Positions 59,774 through 64,000 of a DNA stretch of 64,000 bases are shown here, one piece after another. The translations under genes were made by a program, and so were the position numbers. Position 1 is the stretch's first letter. Each line of letters begins with the position of its first letter. The DNA is taken from the NCBI GenBank assembly GCA_028534125.1, contig CM052832.1:16246001-16310000 (forward strand), written 5' to 3'. This stretch comes from Lama glama. Lineage: Eukaryota. Below the pieces are notes generated by a model. That model worked only from the letters and a program-made list of their open reading frames with translations. It was not told the DNA's origin and did not search any database.

Positions 59774-62178
59774 ATGGGGGGAAAACAGGACCAGGACGAG
59801 AACTACGGTAAGGCTGCAGGCAAGGCTGGGGTGGGGAGCCCATGACGGAGGCGACCCTGTGAGGGAGGGTAGGCCGTTCGGCCTATGGAGGCTGGGACGG
59901 ACCACAGGGAGAGGAGCTGAGAGGAGTCGTGGTCCCTGAGGGGAGGGCGCAGGAAACAAGCTGATGGAAGGAGGTAGAGTCAGGGTCCTGGGAGGAGGAT
60001 GGGGTTCAGGGGCTGAGGGCCATTTCTGGGGAGAATTTGGGAAGTAAAGCTGGGGTATCCATGAGGAGTCGGGGCTGGAGTCCTTGGGAGGAGTGGGTGG
60101 TGTTAGGCCTGGGCCCTGGGAAGCAGTCTGAACAGGAGGCAGAGTCAGGGAGAGTGGGGAAGGGGCTCGGGCTGGGAGTGTCACGTGCTGCGGAGCCTGG
60201 GACTGGGACGGGTGAGCTGGGATCCCTGAGAGGAGGAATTTCCGCCTGGACACTGAATCTCTGAGGGGAAAAGGTGCTGGGGTTCTGCCCGCTGGAGTCT
60301 GTGAGGAGTGGCAGGGGAGTGGGTTCTGCTCGGGGTCCCGATGAAGAGTCAGGGCTGCGGATCTTGATGGAAAGGTGACTGGTGACCTGCACCCAGGGTC
60401 TCCGTTAGGAGGGAGGCTATCTGAGAGTACACTGAGGAACAGGGGCAGCGGCCCTCTGGGGTTCCTGTGAAGGGCAAGGCCTGAGGAGAGGGGCAGGGAG
60501 CTTGTCTCCAGAATCTCTGTGAGGAACAGGAAGCTGAGAGTCTGTCCTGGGAGTCCCGAGGGCTAGGGGTGGGGGGCAAGGTGGGGGAGTCTGAAGGGAG
60601 AGGGGCCAGCCTCTGGGATCCCTGTGAGCAGTAAGGTCTGGGGCCCGCCTGCAGAGGTCCCCTGGGGTTTGAGGGATCTGAACTCCTGGTCTGGAAAGGA
60701 GGGAACCGAAGGGAGGGGCCTCCCAGAGGCGAAGCTTGGTCAGAAGGGAGTGAGGGGAGGGAGGAGGGAGGACTCCCAGGAGACTTCCTGGAGTGGTTTT
60801 GGGTCAATCATTGACATCATGTCCAAGAATCATGGAGGAACAGAGTCCAGAGCACCTAGAAGAATGGACCGCACCCCTTCCCACACTCCTGCCCAGCCCT
60901 CTGTACTCCCTCCTCGGTGCCCACATGGGACCCTGGCTGCCTGGCCCCACCTCCTCCCTGTGTGTACTCAGGGAGGACCAGGAACAGGACGTGGCCACAA
61001 TCTCAACAGCCGGGCTCAAGTGTCACTCTGACTGGTCTCCCAGGGACTGGCGGTAGCCTGGAGACTAAGGTCCCTTTGGGGCGGGGGGGTCTACAGGGGC
61101 CCCCTCCCTCCCCAGGCCCTGCAGGAGTTGATGCCTTTTGCTCCAGCTTCTTTCCCCACAGCCTGGGGCCAAAGGGTAGAGAGATGGGCTGAGGTAGATG
61201 TAGGGCGGGGCTGTGACCTCCCTGAGGGGCTCCAGATCTGTGCCCACCTTGGCCTGGGAAGGAGTATGGGGAGGGGAGAGGGACAAGGATGGGGGTGTGA
61301 GAGCAACTAAGACGGCTGAACACAGAGTCCCACATCCCAGCTGGAGGGAGACTCTGGAGAAAGGAGCCAGGGTTGGGGAAGTTGATGAAGGCAGTTTCCT
61401 GGCCCCTGGCCGAGGGCCTTGAGGTGTGAGCAGTAAATGACTGGAAAAGACTGCACTCTCCCCTCCCTCCAAGGCCGCCTAGTTGGAGTTCACTGTGGGT
61501 GAGCAGTGAAGCTGCTGACCAAGCCTTGATCCTACCTTTCCTGTTCTGTAATGTCCCTCCTGCCAGCCCTGCCCCTGTCCATCTCCCACCAAACTCCTAG
61601 GGCTGGGTAGGACCTGGTGCCGGGTAGAGCCTGCTGTGGGGAAGGATTTGGAGGGACTGGAAATGGGGGGAGAGACTCCTCTCATTGCCTCACTCTGCAC
61701 ACTCCTCCCCATGCCTTTCAGGAAAACCAGCCAAATATGACCCCTCCTTTCGAGGTCCCATCAAGAACAGGTGAGTTCTGGGCACTGCGCTGGTTGGGGC
61801 AGCAGCATCTGGGGAGAGGGGCAGTGTCTCGTTTTTGCTTCATATTTACTGAAATATTGGTAAGAATCTACTTGTGAGGGAAAAGAAAATCTTTCCCCAG
61901 GACAGTGGTGGCCTTGAGGAGACTGTCATGTGTGGAGGGGACAAAATGGGGCTTCCGGGGTGTTGGTGATGTTCTATTTCTTGACCTGGGAGCTAGCTAC
62001 ACAGGCCTGTGCCCTTTGGGAAAGAAAATTCATCCAGTTGAGCATTTATGAATGGTACACTTTCTGGTGTTAAACTTCAGAAGACAGTTTACTTATCCAA
62101 AAAAAAGGGTTTTCTTTAAAAAAGAAAGAAAGGAAAGAAAGAAAGAAAGGAAAGAAAGAAAGAAAGAAAAGAAAGAAA

Positions 62179-62238
<60 letters not shown>

Positions 62239-63989
62239 AACCTACCTATGCTTACTTTCCAGCGTCCCCCAACTCCCCAAACCGTGACACCTCCAGACCA
62301 CGCCCCCTCCCAGCATCTCCTCTCCAAAGGTTTCTCCCATTTCTCTCCCAGGAGCTGCACAGATATCATCTGCTTTGTCCTCTTCTTTGTCTTCATTCTG
62401 GGTTACATCGCGGTGGGACTTGTGGGTGAGTTTCTGGCTATGCAGACCTGGGGCGGTGGGCTGGGGGACTTCATTGTCCCAGGGAGGGACTACACCCATG
62501 GCTGTTCCTTCCTAAATACCTGCCCCCTCCTGTGATTCATCTCTGTGTCTCTGTCTCCAGCCTGGGTGTATGGAGACCCCCAGCAAGTCCTCTACCCCAG
62601 GAACTCTACTGGGGCATACTGTGGGGTTGGGCAAAACAAGTGAGTATGAAGGCAGGAAGCGGGGTGGGGGGGGGGCTGGAGGGAGGTGAGGGGGGGGATG
62701 GGCAGGGGACCACCCACCTCTACTCGGGCTCCAGACCCTTCCCCTGTTGTTTCCATGCCCTACTCAGCCTCCCTGAATCTCACCACTCCAGGCCACATTG
62801 AATAGCCTCCACTGCTGGTTAGTGGCTTCTGAGTCCCCCCAAGTTGGGAGATAGTGTAGCATCAATGATGAAGGCATGGGTTTTGGACTGGCATTTGAAT
62901 CCCCAACTGGGCTAAGTAAGTTCTGGTTTGTGACCTTGGGAAAGGTACTTAACCTCTCTGAACTTTGATTTCCTCGTCTAAAACACAGGGATGATTCCAG
63001 AAGTAATGCTGTCGCTCCTAGCATGCAGAAAATGTTCGATAAATAATAAAACCTCTACCACTTAGATGGCATTTACTGTGTTTCAGGCAGGCAATGTACT
63101 TTGCACACAGACTCATTTAAACCCTATGAGATGTAGGTACTAATATTTTACATATGATGGAACTGTGGTAGTGAGCGGTTTAGTGACTTGCTCAAGGTCA
63201 TAAAGCTGGGTGATGATTTAGCTCCAGAGTTCAAGCTCTTAACCATTTATTAGCAGTGGTGATGCTGAATTACTCTGGAAATCTTTCTGGTGTCTCCCAT
63301 ACCTCCTCCCTGGCTGGGCTGAGCATCCTGAGGCCAGGAAGTGGGTGGTGTGTGTCTAGGCCACACTGGGCCCATTGCATGCTTGAGATGCAGCCCTGGC
63401 AGTCCCTCTCCTTCCCCGAGGCCTGCCCAAGACCTGGTGTATACGCTTCCCTCTCTCTTGCAGAGATAAACCATATCTCCTGTACTTCAACATATTCAGC
63501 TGCGTCCTAACCACCAACATCATCGCGGTCGCCAAGAATGGTCTGGAATGCCCCACACCCCAGGTCAGAGCCTGGGTCCTGCTTCTGCCCCCAGATCTCC
63601 CCCAGGGTCTGGATACCAGCCCCTTAGCATGCTCTCTGCCCCCAGGTGTGTGTGTCCTCCTGTCCAGTGGTCCCATGGACCGTGGAGCCGGAGCAGCTCT
63701 CGCAGACGGTTGAGAAGGTCTTCTATGCTGCAAATAGGAGCTTTTGTCTGCCAGGGGTGTCTGGGGATATGGTGAGTGCTGCCCCCAAAATCATTGCTGT
63801 TGCCAAGGGGGGTCCACAATGAGAGGGGTGGAAGCGGGAATTGGGTAGATAATCATGGTGGTGGAGGGGGACTCATTCCTTCATCCTGCTGTGTCTGTGT
63901 GTCTGTCTCTCCTCTTCCCACCCCCCAGGAAGTGCTTGAAAGCCTGCAACTAGAGCTCTGCCCCAGTTTCCTCCTCCCTTCCACTCCAG
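59774..63989 (+). CDS. SLC44A4: Choline transporter-like protein 4, exons 1-7; gene continues off the window end
   Basis: Exons 59774-59807, 61722-61770, 62352-62425, 62561-62639, 63464-63563, 63646-63771, 63929-63989. Translation MGGKQDQDENYGKPAKYDPSFRGPIKNRSCTDIICFVLFFVFILGYIAVGLVAWVYGDPQQVLYPRNSTGAYCG...CPTPQVCVSSCP. Confidence 0.96.
62118..62240 (+). repeat. (GAAA)n tetranucleotide microsatellite in SLC44A4 intron 2
   Basis: About 120 bp of imperfect GAAA units following an old L1 3' fragment. Confidence 0.95.
62870..63250. mobile_element. Two oppositely oriented MIR fragments in SLC44A4 intron 4
   Basis: tgtgaccttgggaaaggtacttaacctctctgaac and gtgacttgctcaaggtcataaagct cores. Confidence 0.65.
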
Positions 63990-64000
63990 GTGAGAAGTTG

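Noticed and set aside
62052..62429. KERK-repeat ORF running into SLC44A4 exon 3
   Set aside because: Translation of the GAAA microsatellite.

Overview
This window is mammalian genomic DNA from the MHC class III region. It is almost certainly camelid, judged from six tRNA-derived Vic-type SINEs. Gene order on the + strand is SKIV2L/SKIC2 (5' part, -), NELFE (+), CFB (-), C2 (-), a ~16 kb repeat-rich interval, ZBTB12 (+), EHMT2/G9a (+) and SLC44A4 (5' part, +). I traced the exon chains by hand. All introns are GT-AG and the reading frames are intact: NELFE 378 aa, CFB 763 aa, C2 751 aa, ZBTB12 459 aa, EHMT2 1210 aa. There are two assembly gaps (36498-36997 and 42799-42898). No new protein-coding system is supported; the most interesting signals are regulatory. 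(1) An ERV LTR sits in sense upstream of ZBTB12 and carries two octamer motifs, CCAAT repeats, a TATA box and a GTGAGT splice donor right after its polyA signal, so it is a candidate LTR-driven first exon. (2) An antisense C2 alternative N-terminal exon lies inside the ZBTB12 CDS, with a GC rather than GT donor. (3) The miR-1236 mirtron intron of NELFE has a competing internal stem. (4) An NF-kB/IRF module lies in the C2 3'UTR, and the MAZ terminator between C2 and CFB appears to have turned over. (5) A cluster of RBFOX motifs precedes EHMT2 exon 10. Human comparisons and repeat family names come from memory and need checking by alignment.
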